Position numbers and translations under genes: made by a program. A DNA stretch of 64,000 nt, from positions 9,353-73,352 of the forward strand of contig CAYXSM010000013.1 in NCBI GenBank assembly GCA_964466705.1, written 5' to 3'. Under the pieces are notes generated by a model that saw only the letters and a list, made by a program, of their open reading frames with translations, was not told the DNA's origin and made no database searches. Positions 1 through 9,989 of the stretch are shown one piece after another. How positions within the stretch are numbered: position 1 is the stretch's first letter; the number at the start of each line of letters is the position of its first letter. Origin of the DNA: an uncultured Rikenellaceae bacterium. Its GTDB lineage: Bacteria; Bacteroidota; Bacteroidia; Bacteroidales; VadinHA17.

Positions 1-848
1 CTTTTCAGCTTAAATATGAGGATGGCGCCGATTTCAGTCCCACAGACTGGGGAAACAAGGAATTCCTGTGGAGAAATGAGATGTATATCGGAAATGCTGT
101 TGTCCTTAATAACGGGTCGGTGATAATTTGTGCAACAGTACCCGTACCTTATACCGACGCTGAAGACATGAAGTATCCTTCTGTTTTCCCGAATAACTAC
201 AGGGAAGGCTGTGTTGCGGGTGCAATGTGTTTCGTTGGAAGGTGGAACAAGACTAAAATGAACTACGAATGGCAGAAATCCAATTCTGTCTTCCTCCCGA
301 GACAGGTTTCCTCACGCGGATTGGTGGAACTGGATCTCAGTGAGTTGAAGAATGGCACACTGCTAATGATCATGCGCGGTTCAAATACAGGGCTTGATAT
401 TACAAAAGCTCCGGGAAGAAAGTGGTACTCCGTCTCCCAGGATGGCGGTCTGACATGGAGTAACGTCAGGGATATGCGATTCGATACCGGAGAACAGGTT
501 TATTCACCTGCATCAATACACAAAATGATTCGAAGCTCAAAAACCGGAAAACTCTACTGGACAGGAAATATTAATAATGTTCCGCCGGATGGAAATTCTC
601 CAAGATATCCGCTTCAGATCGTGGAGATTGACGAGAAAGGGCCATCGTTTATAAAAGACACAGTCACAGTCATAGATGACCGCAATCCCGAAAGCGATTC
701 CGAATTCCTTCAGCTTTCAAATTTTACACTTCTCGAAGACAGGGAAACGAAAAATATGGAAGTTTATCTTACACGCCTGGGTGAGAACGGGGGCGGGGAC
801 GATATCTGGACAACAAACTCATATAAGTATACACTCTTTTTCAGGTAA
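1..848 (+). CDS. BNR/Asp-box sialidase-family glycoside hydrolase (C-terminal part; 5' end lies outside window)
   Basis: The frame stays open from nt 3 to the left edge. An Asp-box SxDxGxTW is present (SQDGGLTWS). The sequence is beta-propeller-like, as in exo-alpha-sialidase family proteins. Confidence 0.6.
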   Translation, partial: FQLKYEDGADFSPTDWGNKEFLWRNEMYIGNAVVLNNGSVIICATVPVPYTDAEDMKYPSVFPNNYREGCVAGAMCFVGRWNKTKMNYEWQKSNSVFLPRQVSSRGLVELDLSELKNGTLLMIMRGSNTGLDITKAPGRKWYSVSQDGGLTWSNVRDMRFDTGEQVYSPASIHKMIRSSKTGKLYWTGNINNVPPDGNSPRYPLQIVEIDEKGPSFIKDTVTVIDDRNPESDSEFLQLSNFTLLEDRETKNMEVYLTRLGENGGGDDIWTTNSYKYTLFFR

Positions 849-917
849 ACATTGATGTATCTGTAAAAGCAGGTGCGCTCATTACGTGGTTTCTGATCCC
901 GGACTGAAGGAAAATAA

Positions 918-939
918 GGTTCTTTGCATGCAACGAAAT
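918..939. repeat. Degenerate REP-like palindrome (third copy of the RAYT-associated hairpin)
   Basis: GGTTCTTTGCATGCAACGAAAT matches 19/22 positions of GGTTCGTTGCATGCAACGAACC at 12916-12937. It lies about 70 nt 3' of the preceding stop codon. Confidence 0.45.
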
Positions 940-1342
940 TATATTCTCATTGGATTTCAGGTCATCCTAGTCTTTAATTTTCGGGTTGCAGCTCCACATA
1001 AGAAATATTACGGAGAGAGCCGAAACCAGTACAATGCATTTTTGATATTCACTTCTATAGGTAAATACTTTAATTGCCAGATGAAAAATACGATTTTGAT
1101 TTTCTTTACGACCTCATATTGCAGGAAATGAACAACCGGCAGATCTCAGGTCAGAACAACAACTTCATGATGCAAAATTGAAGAGTGACGTGCGCCCCCG
1201 GGCTGGAGTTAGGAGATGGGAATACACAGAGTCTTATTATTATCTTCTTCTGCTTAAATTAATGATTTTTGTTTAAATTAGTGAGAATAAATCCATCCTG
1301 CTATATTAGGCAGATTAGTACCAAATAGTAAACCAGTTACAA

Positions 1343-3484
1343 ATGAAATTCATCCGTATCCCGTGCTTGCTTTTAGCTGCACTTTTTACTTTATTTTCCT
1401 GCTCCGGGAGAAAGCAGCCTGCTGCCATAATGAAACAAGCAGATTTTCCTGATCCGCCAGTTGCTATGATCAAGCCCGACACTTTTCAGCAATTTGGTCA
1501 TCTGCGTATAGATAACTACTTCTGGATGAAAGACAAAACCAATCCGGAATTGATGAATTACCTGCTTGCCGAAAATGCATACTGTGATACAGTAATGGCC
1601 CGGACAAAGGAGATGCAGGAAACCCTGTACAATGAATTCAGGAGCCGTATAAAGGAAGATGACCAGTCTGTCCCTTCTCTTAATAACGGATACTATTACT
1701 ATTCCCGGACCATAAAAGACAAAAACTATCCGATATATTGCAGGAAACAGGGAGATACCACTGCCATCGAAGAGGTCATCTTCGATGTTAACCAGATGGC
1801 TGAAGGTTACGATGCTTTTTTATTTGCAGGATACTCAGTAAGCCCAGACAACCGCCTGGCAGCGTTCGCCTTCAACACAACTGGATCTTATGCCGAGTTT
1901 GATCTGAAAGTGAAAGATCTCACTACCGGGAAATATCTCGATGACGAGATCAAAGGGGTCAGTTCATTTGAATGGACCAGCGACAGCAGGATGCTTTTCT
2001 ACTCGGTCATAAATGAATCCCTGCGTTCATACAGGGTCTTACGTCATATGCTTGGAGATAAAGGACCCGACAGGCTTATATATGAGGAAGATGATGAGTT
2101 GTTCAGCGTTTATGTATCCAAATCCAGAACAAAGGATTTCATCTTTATCAATTCCTCCAGCTTCAACACTTCGGAGGTTAGATTGTTATCAGCTGACCGG
2201 CCGCTTTCGGAACCAAAAATGTTTTTACCAAGGAAGAATGAAACGGAATATGAGGTTCTGCATCACAAATCATGTTTTTATGTCCTGTATAAAGATCCCG
2301 GGGTAAAAAATTCAATGCTTTACCAGGCTCCGCTGACAGGCTATGAAGATATGGGAACCTGGAAGGTCGTTGTGGAACATGATCCGGAAGTAAAGATCCA
2401 GAATGTATCAGTCTTTGACAGCTTCCTTGGTTTATTCGTAAGGGCCAACGGATTAAATGAGATCCGCATACTCAGCCCGGCAACAGGCGACATGAAGCAG
2501 GTAACCTTTCCGGAACCTGTTTATAATGTTAATCCGATGAGTGTGCCTGAATATATGTCTACACATTTCCGGTATTCATATTCTTCTCTTAATCGTCCCA
2601 ATACGGTATATGATTATGACACGGAAAAGAATACCAGCAGGGTTTTAAAAGTCCAGGAGATACCCGGAGGATTCAATCCTGACGATTACGTTGTGGAGCG
2701 CCTGTGGGCTGCAGCAGCCGACAGCGTGAAAGTACCCATGGCGATCGTGTACAAAAAAGGATTGAAGAGAGACGGGAAAAATCCGGCTTTGCTCGAAGGT
2801 TATGGATCGTACGGCTACAGCACTGATGCAGATTTCAGCATATCGATCTTCAGCCTGGTCGACAGAGGTTTCATTTTTGGCATTGCTCAGGTCCGCGGAG
2901 GCAGTGAGATGGGAGAGGAATGGTATGAAGACGGCAAGATGATGAATAAAATGAACACCTTCACCGATTTCATTGCCTGTGCGGAGACCCTGGTAAAAGA
3001 AGGATACACCTCTCCTTCCCTGCTTGGGATAATGGGCGGCAGTGCCGGGGGATTGCTGATGGGAGCTGTTACGAACATGCGTCCCGACCTCTTTAACGTT
3101 GTCATAGCCCGGGCTCCTTTCGTGGACATTATCAATACCATGCTTGACGAAAGCCTCCCGTTGACAACCCTGGAATATGAACAATGGGGCAATCCAAATG
3201 AAGAGGCTGCATTTAAATATATGATGTCGTATTCCCCCTTCGACAACGTGAAAGCCATGGCATATCCAAATATCCTGGTCACAACGGGGTGGAACGATTC
3301 GCAGGTACTGGTCCATGAACCGGCAAAATGGACAGCCAGACTCAGGGCAATGAAGACAGACGATAATTTGCTTCTCCTGAAAACGAATATGGATTCAGGG
3401 CATGGAGGAGCAACCGGCAGATATGATTACCTGAAAGAGCTGGCTTTCATTTTTGCCTTTCTCGCAGACAGGATGGGGATATAG
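1343..3484 (+). CDS. ptrB: Oligopeptidase B (protease II), S9A prolyl-oligopeptidase family
   Basis: 713-aa ORF with a lipoprotein-like signal (LFSCSG). It has an N-terminal propeller plus a C-terminal alpha/beta hydrolase. The catalytic Ser motif is GGSAGGLL and the His lies in DSGHGG. Confidence 0.85.
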   Translation: MKFIRIPCLLLAALFTLFSCSGRKQPAAIMKQADFPDPPVAMIKPDTFQQFGHLRIDNYFWMKDKTNPELMNYLLAENAYCDTVMARTKEMQETLYNEFRSRIKEDDQSVPSLNNGYYYYSRTIKDKNYPIYCRKQGDTTAIEEVIFDVNQMAEGYDAFLFAGYSVSPDNRLAAFAFNTTGSYAEFDLKVKDLTTGKYLDDEIKGVSSFEWTSDSRMLFYSVINESLRSYRVLRHMLGDKGPDRLIYEEDDELFSVYVSKSRTKDFIFINSSSFNTSEVRLLSADRPLSEPKMFLPRKNETEYEVLHHKSCFYVLYKDPGVKNSMLYQAPLTGYEDMGTWKVVVEHDPEVKIQNVSVFDSFLGLFVRANGLNEIRILSPATGDMKQVTFPEPVYNVNPMSVPEYMSTHFRYSYSSLNRPNTVYDYDTEKNTSRVLKVQEIPGGFNPDDYVVERLWAAAADSVKVPMAIVYKKGLKRDGKNPALLEGYGSYGYSTDADFSISIFSLVDRGFIFGIAQVRGGSEMGEEWYEDGKMMNKMNTFTDFIACAETLVKEGYTSPSLLGIMGGSAGGLLMGAVTNMRPDLFNVVIARAPFVDIINTMLDESLPLTTLEYEQWGNPNEEAAFKYMMSYSPFDNVKAMAYPNILVTTGWNDSQVLVHEPAKWTARLRAMKTDDNLLLLKTNMDSGHGGATGRYDYLKELAFIFAFLADRMGI

Positions 3485-3583
3485 CAAAAAGACTGCCTGT
3501 CTGCTTATGATCATCCTTAGATCTAGTGCAGATTGAAATGCTGCAACACGGTATTTATTGGAAAGCTTACCTGGACCGCGGCA

Positions 3584-6259
3584 CTAGTATAAGACCAGCC
3601 TTACCGGTCCAAGCAGTCCTGCATCCCTTATTTCCCAGCCAGATGCATCAAACGGCACATAGTTGATGCTGTAAAACATACCTCCTCCCTTGGCCGGATG
3701 GAACTTCTTCCAGTAAATCCCGCTATGGTCATAATAGCGTATCCGGTTGGCAGCAACGTTTGTGACTTCAACCTCCAGTACATTTTCCCCGCTGACAAGG
3801 TTGCCGACCTGCACAGCAAATGACGGCCCCAATAAAGTGCCATACGACTTGCCGTTGAGAGTGACCCGGGCGCAGTCTTTTACATCGCCAAGGTTTAATA
3901 ATGCTGAATGTGCTTCCCCGTCAAAGATAAATTCAATCCGGTATCTGGCTGTGCCGGCAAAACGCTCTGCAATGCTGTCATTTGAAGCTGTCCATGAAAC
4001 CAGGTTATCAGTTAATATGCTACCGGGAAGTTCAGGACCTCCTTCTATAAATTCAACATTCCATGTACCTTTAATTTCAACAACCTCAGATTCCGGTTCC
4101 ACGTAGATAAAATCAGGCGCATCGATCCTCCTGTCAGTACATTTGATGAAAAAGGCCTGTTCCGGGTCAAGCTGAATGCGGACAGATTTTCCCTTTTTAT
4201 CAGCCTTTCTTACCTCGCCGTTCATCGGATCGAGGAATACATAAGTTTTTGCAGGATCATTTAGTTCGACCCATTCATCAATCGGTGCGGTGCTGCAGTT
4301 GACGATCATGTACAAGTATTCATTGTCTTTTTTCATTTTAATGTAATGGAATCCTTTATCTGAAAGGGATCTTTCAGGTGGAATCTTTGCCTCTGCCAGC
4401 AATTGAAAAACGTCCCCTGTAAGGTTTTTCCCTGACAACAGGTTTTCTATTTCTTTAAGTTTCTGTTCTCTTTCAGCCAGCTGAAAAATCCCCGGAACAG
4501 TTACCGGAAGACCTTCATCGAAAAATACTTTGCCGCCTTCAGCTACCATTCTTTGAAGCTTTTCCGCGGTCCCAAGAGGCATGTATTTTGTCTTTGGTAT
4601 TAATATCGCCCGGTATTCCGCGCCTGCAGAGGAGACAATTCTGCCATCCGATATCTTGCAGTCCATCAGAAGTTTATCTGAAACATAATCAAAAGTATAT
4701 CCGGCGTCCATAAGCTTTTGAGACAATGCTGACAAAGGGTAGTTTTTAAACCAGGGAGCATCGTCGCCCAAGTCGATATTCGTGTAGTTGAACAGGGGGT
4801 ACTCCGCTGCAGCCACGTCAAGATAAGGCCAGTAGACAAGCAGATCGTTCTGCGGGACTGCCTCCTGAAGTATGCTTTGCGAGCGGCCGATGTATTTAAA
4901 TAAAGCCGGCAGCTCACGCCACAACGGATTGCGGTTGTTCAACTGGGTTGATGCATAGAACAGCCATCCGGGCCATTCAGCATCATCGGGCGAATAACAG
5001 GTTCCGTGAAAAAAGATATGGTTCACCCCGGACAAAAATAGACGGTTGGTGCACCTGATCATGTCGGATGTTGAAACCTTCCAGTTTTCGTTGAGCCAGG
5101 TAAAGCTTTCCGATGAGACCAGTTTTTTGCCTGTCAGGTGTGCTGCTGAAGAGGCAAATTTGTTGGTCAGGATGGCAGGCCTGGTTGATTCGACAATCCT
5201 GTACATCTTCCTGTTTGTTGCAGGTGTTCCGGGGGCAACAGGACCAAAGATCTCCGTTTCAGGAATATCGCATGCAGCATACAGATCAAGGACGTTGGCG
5301 GGAGATCCCATCGACTGGTTGCGGCAAAGGCTTTTATGCCTGTTAGCCCATCCGGTCATTGGTTTAATGAATGACTCCAGAACCAGGTCCGACAATGTCT
5401 CATGGTAATCTGATGTTACCCTTTCCTTTATTTCATCATCTGTAAAATCATCCGACAACACATGCAGATAGCCAGCAAGGTCGTATCCGCGGCGCGTTCT
5501 GAATTCATCCATGAAATTCATGGTAAAGTCGCCCTGATATTCAAAAGAATCGTGAAAAAAAGATCGTATCAATCCGTCATCGATATTCAGACGATCCCAG
5601 AATTCATTGAGATACCAGTTTGTTATTTCCTCATTGAATGTGTTTATTGCTACGCCTTCGCCTCCGGGTGATGGGTTGTTTACCTTATCGCCGGTATATA
5701 TTGGTTCTGCCGCATATATTTTTCCGGCAGAAGGTGAAACAAATTGTTCTCCTGCATTAAGGATGGTCACCTGTCCGTAAGCGTCAACGAATGACAGAGC
5801 TGCCGGGGTGGAGATCCCGGAAGGTATTGCCCATCTTTCATTGGCATGCATTTCATATTTGTGAATCCGTAATGTGAGAAGGCCTTTTTCCTCGGGGACA
5901 TATGGCCCTCCGCATGCCCAGCCTGCTCCGGGAGGAATGTCCACACCCATACCCAGTCTCTGAGCCTGGTAAATAGTGAATTTCAATATTCCCGCAAACT
6001 CCGGGGAAAGGTATTCAATGTACCTCTTCTCTTCTCCCCTGACACCATACATGGATGATAATTCCACACCTCCGATTCCTGCTGCCGCCATCTCTCTCAG
6101 CTCGGAAATAATGTTAATGCTGTCAACCGCGTTGCCCATCCACCACCAGCGTGTCCAGGGCTTTGATTCACTTGTTGGTTCAGGCCATGAGACTTTCTCT
6201 GATGAACATGCTGTAAGCAGAACCGCCGGGAAAATGATACTTAAAAAAACTGATTTCAT
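3584..6259 (-). CDS. Large secreted glycoside hydrolase, GH106-like (rhamnosidase-type) with C-terminal jelly-roll domain
   Basis: 891-aa ORF with a lipobox (LLTACS). The N-terminal KPWTRWWWMGNAV motif and the overall length resemble Bacteroidota glycosidases of this type. The family assignment is from memory only. Confidence 0.5.
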   Translation of the reverse strand: MKSVFLSIIFPAVLLTACSSEKVSWPEPTSESKPWTRWWWMGNAVDSINIISELREMAAAGIGGVELSSMYGVRGEEKRYIEYLSPEFAGILKFTIYQAQRLGMGVDIPPGAGWACGGPYVPEEKGLLTLRIHKYEMHANERWAIPSGISTPAALSFVDAYGQVTILNAGEQFVSPSAGKIYAAEPIYTGDKVNNPSPGGEGVAINTFNEEITNWYLNEFWDRLNIDDGLIRSFFHDSFEYQGDFTMNFMDEFRTRRGYDLAGYLHVLSDDFTDDEIKERVTSDYHETLSDLVLESFIKPMTGWANRHKSLCRNQSMGSPANVLDLYAACDIPETEIFGPVAPGTPATNRKMYRIVESTRPAILTNKFASSAAHLTGKKLVSSESFTWLNENWKVSTSDMIRCTNRLFLSGVNHIFFHGTCYSPDDAEWPGWLFYASTQLNNRNPLWRELPALFKYIGRSQSILQEAVPQNDLLVYWPYLDVAAAEYPLFNYTNIDLGDDAPWFKNYPLSALSQKLMDAGYTFDYVSDKLLMDCKISDGRIVSSAGAEYRAILIPKTKYMPLGTAEKLQRMVAEGGKVFFDEGLPVTVPGIFQLAEREQKLKEIENLLSGKNLTGDVFQLLAEAKIPPERSLSDKGFHYIKMKKDNEYLYMIVNCSTAPIDEWVELNDPAKTYVFLDPMNGEVRKADKKGKSVRIQLDPEQAFFIKCTDRRIDAPDFIYVEPESEVVEIKGTWNVEFIEGGPELPGSILTDNLVSWTASNDSIAERFAGTARYRIEFIFDGEAHSALLNLGDVKDCARVTLNGKSYGTLLGPSFAVQVGNLVSGENVLEVEVTNVAANRIRYYDHSGIYWKKFHPAKGGGMFYSINYVPFDASGWEIRDAGLLGPVRLVLY

Positions 6260-6754
6260 AATTCACTTCCGCATTAATATCGACAATACCCATTAGAAAC
6301 TCAAATGCTATTTTCCAAAATACCAATAACATTCACTACAATATTAACTATTTTTTATCCGGTATGATGGACCCGGTAACAAAGCCGGCATTTTCTTTAC
6401 CGCTTTCAGCAATGGTGGCCCCTGCTATGGTAGATTTCAATATGAAAAACTCATCTGTTTACTGGTTGGCTCCCAGAAATCCCTCGACACCAATTACCGG
6501 TATGAATTTTCTCTTCTCCGTTATAAGTTGTCGTCCAAGAAGATTTGCCTGAAGCCTTAGGTTATTTATTTCAGGAAGAAAGTCGGCTCCAGCGGATTTA
6601 ATTTCTATTTCAGCCAACGGGAAGGAGAAATAAAAACCCTGGATATGAAAAGGGTATAAAGAATATATCTCTCCTGAACTGAAAAAGATCTGAAATCAAC
6701 CAGATGGATAAAGGACACACAAGCTGCGCCTAAAATTGGAATGGCCTTTTATTT

Positions 6755-8101
6755 TTAATAGTAATGATAATAAAATGCAAACTGGAATGCGACGCTTCCG
6801 TTATGTGTTCTTCTGAGAAAACCCGGGATATAGCTGTCGCCCCTGTAAATGTTTGGTATACCCAGAGAGATGAATAATCCGGGGGCCAAAGATACCCTGT
6901 CTGTAAGATAAAACTCAAATTCCCCGCCGGCTCTTACACCAAGGTCTTGGTTAAGGTAGTGTGGCCTTATATTTTCAAGCTCCGTATTGATTTTTTGATG
7001 AGCCTGATGCAGAAAAGACATATAAGCGCCTGCCAGAAAATTGACTGAGGAACGGTTTGCCAGGATCCTCCCGCTTGTCATTCTATATTTGACTGACAGG
7101 GCAATGGTTGAATAACTCAGTGTGATGCTTTTTCTTGAGTACTGCCCGTAAATATAATCGAAGTAATCCTGACCGGTATTTGAACAGAGAAATCCATCAG
7201 CCTGAAAAGACCAGGTTCTGTTTAAGGAATAATTCAGGCTTAAGGCAACATCAGGAAAAAAGACAATTTCAGTTGTATTGAGTGATTCAGATTTCAGTCC
7301 GTTGTATGTTTCGTGGTTCAGCAACCAAGTATTCCTGATCAGTGTGGTAAATCCAGCGGAAAATCTTGCTCCTCCATCTGGGGGTAAGGATAATCCGTAA
7401 TTTGTGGCTCTGTCTTTCAATTTCAGACTATTAAGATATGTTTTTGAAGAAAGCCTTATTTCTTCCAGATTTTCATACAATAATGCCGTTGAACTATGGA
7501 ATTTTTCAAACGGGATTTCTTCTGTATAGATAAAAAGATTTGTATCATCTTTTCCCCTGACAGCTAATACATTAAAATCGATATCGTTACTGACCTGTAT
7601 TGGCGCAATCTGCACAGGTCGGGATTCGCCGACTTTTTCAATAATATCCGAGTTTGCAAGCTCAATTTCATTATACGAACTCCTTGCTTCAGTTGAAATA
7701 TTTCCTTTGATCCCACCTTTTTCCTGGAAATAAAAGGTGTTATTTTCAGTTTTATGCATCTCAGGCTGTTCGTCCTGGCTGGCCTCCGTTAAATTGTGTG
7801 CCTCATCAGCTCCTGAGATAAGGCTGGTCTTGCTGACAGGTATTACTCCGAGCAGTATAACAAGAACAGCTGCAATTGATTTTATTAATATCCCGGAACC
7901 TGAATCTGCAGGGATTAAAGCATCAAGATCTGAAGAAATATTCTTCCAGACTTCCTCTATATCAGTTTCAGTCGATATTTCTTCCCATATTTCATCCAGT
8001 TCCTCGTTGCTAAGCGTCTCCATAAGATTAAAATCAGATCGATTATCCAGGAGTTCATCAACCTCTTTCTGATAGATTTCTGATATTTTATCTTTCCTCA
8101 T
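6755..8101 (-). CDS. Anti-sigma-factor-like protein fused to a C-terminal outer-membrane beta-barrel-like domain
   Basis: It starts 14 nt downstream of the ECF sigma gene. It has an acidic ~70-aa N-terminus, one TM helix (ILIKSIAAVLVILLGVIPV) and a C-terminal ~220 aa of alternating-hydrophobic strands ending FAFYYHYY. Confidence 0.6.
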   Translation of the reverse strand: MRKDKISEIYQKEVDELLDNRSDFNLMETLSNEELDEIWEEISTETDIEEVWKNISSDLDALIPADSGSGILIKSIAAVLVILLGVIPVSKTSLISGADEAHNLTEASQDEQPEMHKTENNTFYFQEKGGIKGNISTEARSSYNEIELANSDIIEKVGESRPVQIAPIQVSNDIDFNVLAVRGKDDTNLFIYTEEIPFEKFHSSTALLYENLEEIRLSSKTYLNSLKLKDRATNYGLSLPPDGGARFSAGFTTLIRNTWLLNHETYNGLKSESLNTTEIVFFPDVALSLNYSLNRTWSFQADGFLCSNTGQDYFDYIYGQYSRKSITLSYSTIALSVKYRMTSGRILANRSSVNFLAGAYMSFLHQAHQKINTELENIRPHYLNQDLGVRAGGEFEFYLTDRVSLAPGLFISLGIPNIYRGDSYIPGFLRRTHNGSVAFQFAFYYHYY

Positions 8102-8115
8102 CGTTTATTTCATAT

Positions 8116-8664
8116 TTATTTGACAGAATAACCGCCAATCCAGTGTTGCAACAGCTGTTTTGCCCTGCTGATCTGGGATTTTGATGTCCCCACAGAAATA
8201 TGGAGCCGCTTTGCAATTTCTTTATGGCTGTATCCTTCAATGGCATAAAGCTGAAAGATCATTCTTGCTCCGAAAGGCAGCCTGTTAACCTGGGAAATAA
8301 TATCCTCCCGTGCAAGGACAGATGAGACAGGTTCTTCGTCTGAAGAAAGCTGGATGACGTTTTCAATTGGAATGAATTGAGCTTCTCCGTGGTTCTTTCT
8401 GAAATGATCAATTGCGGTATTCGTGATGATTTTTTTCATCCATCCTTTAAAAGAACCATCACTCTCGTAACTGCTTATATTTTTGTAGATCTTAATAAAT
8501 GCTTCCTGAAGAATGTCTTTGGCTTCATCACGATCACTTTCATAGATACGGCACAAATTGTATAAAGCCAGTGCATAACGCCTGTAAAGCATTTCCTGAC
8601 TTCTCCTGTCATTCTCCCTGCAACCCCTTATCAAGTCATCGTCACTGAGTTCCTCAGATTTCAT
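8116..8664 (-). CDS. RNA polymerase ECF-type sigma-70 factor
   Basis: 182 aa. Region 2 and a region 4 HTH (YSHKEIAKRLHISVGTSKSQISRAKQLL) are typical of group IV sigma factors. Confidence 0.9.
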   Translation of the reverse strand: MKSEELSDDDLIRGCRENDRRSQEMLYRRYALALYNLCRIYESDRDEAKDILQEAFIKIYKNISSYESDGSFKGWMKKIITNTAIDHFRKNHGEAQFIPIENVIQLSSDEEPVSSVLAREDIISQVNRLPFGARMIFQLYAIEGYSHKEIAKRLHISVGTSKSQISRAKQLLQHWIGGYSVK

Positions 8665-8690
8665 CCTGGTTTTAAATGACTGATGTTTGG

Positions 8691-9419
8691 TTATTTAACA
8701 ACAATTCTGGCACACTGGAAAATTTTGTATGATATAAGTTCATACAAATGCTTATTGTGTTTACTTGAAATAATAAGTTTCCCATGCTCACCTTCTCCAA
8801 CAACTTCTGCCTCCTCCAGTGAGTCCCGCAAGATTTCCATAAAAGCAGCTTCAGGTTTAAATAATACAAGTGCCATATATGTATTGTCAACAGATAAAGC
8901 TATTTTGGAATTACCGTCAGGGTTCTTAGAGTAGATTGAAAATCCAGGCATCATTTCCCAAACAACTTCATAAAAAAAGGTTAAAGGAATCTCAGTCCCA
9001 TTCAAATATCTGTAGTATCCGGAAAGTACAATCCCTGGCGGAACTTCAATTGTATAGTCGAAGTCATCTCCGTCATATAAGGTCACACTCCATTTCATAA
9101 AATTGTAAATCCCCTGAGGCAAATCGTAGGCTGAAATCAAACTGGGTTTCTGGCTGAATTTTACTTCCCCCACATTCTTTCTGAAGTCTGTTTCAAAAAA
9201 AACATTTCCACCGGCTTCCCTTGCTCCTTCAAAGCTTATATTCTTAATATTTATACTGCCTTCTGTGAACCCCAGATAATCAGGTATCATTGAATTGTCC
9301 TGAGAAAGACCTATTTCCAGAAATACTTTCACAGGAAGCGTCAGATCATCCTTCTCTCTGCATCCTGAAATCAAGAGGATCAGAGTAATAATTAACAGTA
9401 TTGTTTTATATGGTTTCAT
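8691..9419 (-). CDS. Lipoprotein of unknown function, first gene of the ECF sigma operon
   Basis: 242-aa ORF with a clear lipobox (LLISGC). It ends 26 nt upstream of the sigma gene start. I recognised no family. Confidence 0.65.
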   Translation of the reverse strand: MKPYKTILLIITLILLISGCREKDDLTLPVKVFLEIGLSQDNSMIPDYLGFTEGSINIKNISFEGAREAGGNVFFETDFRKNVGEVKFSQKPSLISAYDLPQGIYNFMKWSVTLYDGDDFDYTIEVPPGIVLSGYYRYLNGTEIPLTFFYEVVWEMMPGFSIYSKNPDGNSKIALSVDNTYMALVLFKPEAAFMEILRDSLEEAEVVGEGEHGKLIISSKHNKHLYELISYKIFQCARIVVK

Positions 9420-9552
9420 GATCCGTATTTTTTATACTTAATACGGAGAATCTATAATAAAGGTTGGAAAGAATCCGGAAAATTATCTTCAATTTACGAA
9501 ATTCCGGATATCTGCAGAATCTGGTTGTCGACACTTTACCACTATAGTACAC

Positions 9553-9921
9553 TCAGTCCATTATGCAAGGTACCGAATACCCATGGCCCTTAACGTTGTA
9601 ACAACGGAAAACCTTACTGTCATCAGAGACAACATACCTGCTCCGTACAAAACCGCGACTGTACTCACCAGCAGTCCACCACAGGCTGTACTCTACCATT
9701 ACCAAAAATGCTTCGGTTTCGAAACGATACCCCCCCTGAAAGGCTGAAAAACCACTACTACCAAACCCGGCATCATTCTTCAGAGGTCCATCTGTCCATA
9801 AAGTTGCATTACCTGCCAGCTTGCTGCCCTCATTTGTTCCACGCCAATCCATATCATCTGCATATGCCTGCAGAATGCCAGGTTCTTCTTCTGTCTCTTT
9901 CCACCCGGCACCACAAGGCAT
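9553..9921 (-). CDS. Fibrobacter succinogenes major paralogous (FISH) domain protein, N-terminally truncated or possible gene remnant
   Basis: The FISH-domain hallmarks are present: CGAGW, SGFSAFQGGYR, LWWTAGE and GYSVPC. There is no signal peptide. The frame opens only 6 codons before the ATG. Confidence 0.45.
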   Translation of the reverse strand: MPCGAGWKETEEEPGILQAYADDMDWRGTNEGSKLAGNATLWTDGPLKNDAGFGSSGFSAFQGGYRFETEAFLVMVEYSLWWTAGEYSRGFVRSRYVVSDDSKVFRCYNVKGHGYSVPCIMD

Positions 9922-9989
9922 CTGCCAACCTTCCGGAAATTATTCTATGGTATCCACAGCATACCGGTAAAAGTCACAATTAACAAATC

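Noticed and set aside
886-1131. 81-aa GTG-start ORF in the spacer between the sialidase-like gene and ptrB
   Set aside because: It has no recognisable motif and an implausible composition. It spans the REP-like palindrome. It is more likely non-coding.
2645-3316. Long antisense or alternative-frame ORFs inside large genes. These include 2645-3316 and 2887-3282 in ptrB, 38548-39150 in the DUF4838-like gene, 33818-34354 in DUF2207, 58544-58972 in GH2 and 61289-61675 in GH5.
   Set aside because: Each is fully nested in a longer ORF that has recognisable family motifs. Their translations are low-complexity or Cys/Arg-rich with no motifs, so they are typical shadow ORFs.
6462-6695. Start-less 78-codon open frame on the minus strand (…PLAEIEIKSAGADFLPEINNLRLQANLLGRQLITEKRKFIPVIGVEGFLGANQ*). 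It has a vaguely TolC/OM-efflux-like flavour and could be a gene remnant in the 495-bp gap.
   Set aside because: It has no start codon, is too short, and the resemblance is only impressionistic. It needs a tblastn or HMM check before it can be called a pseudogene.
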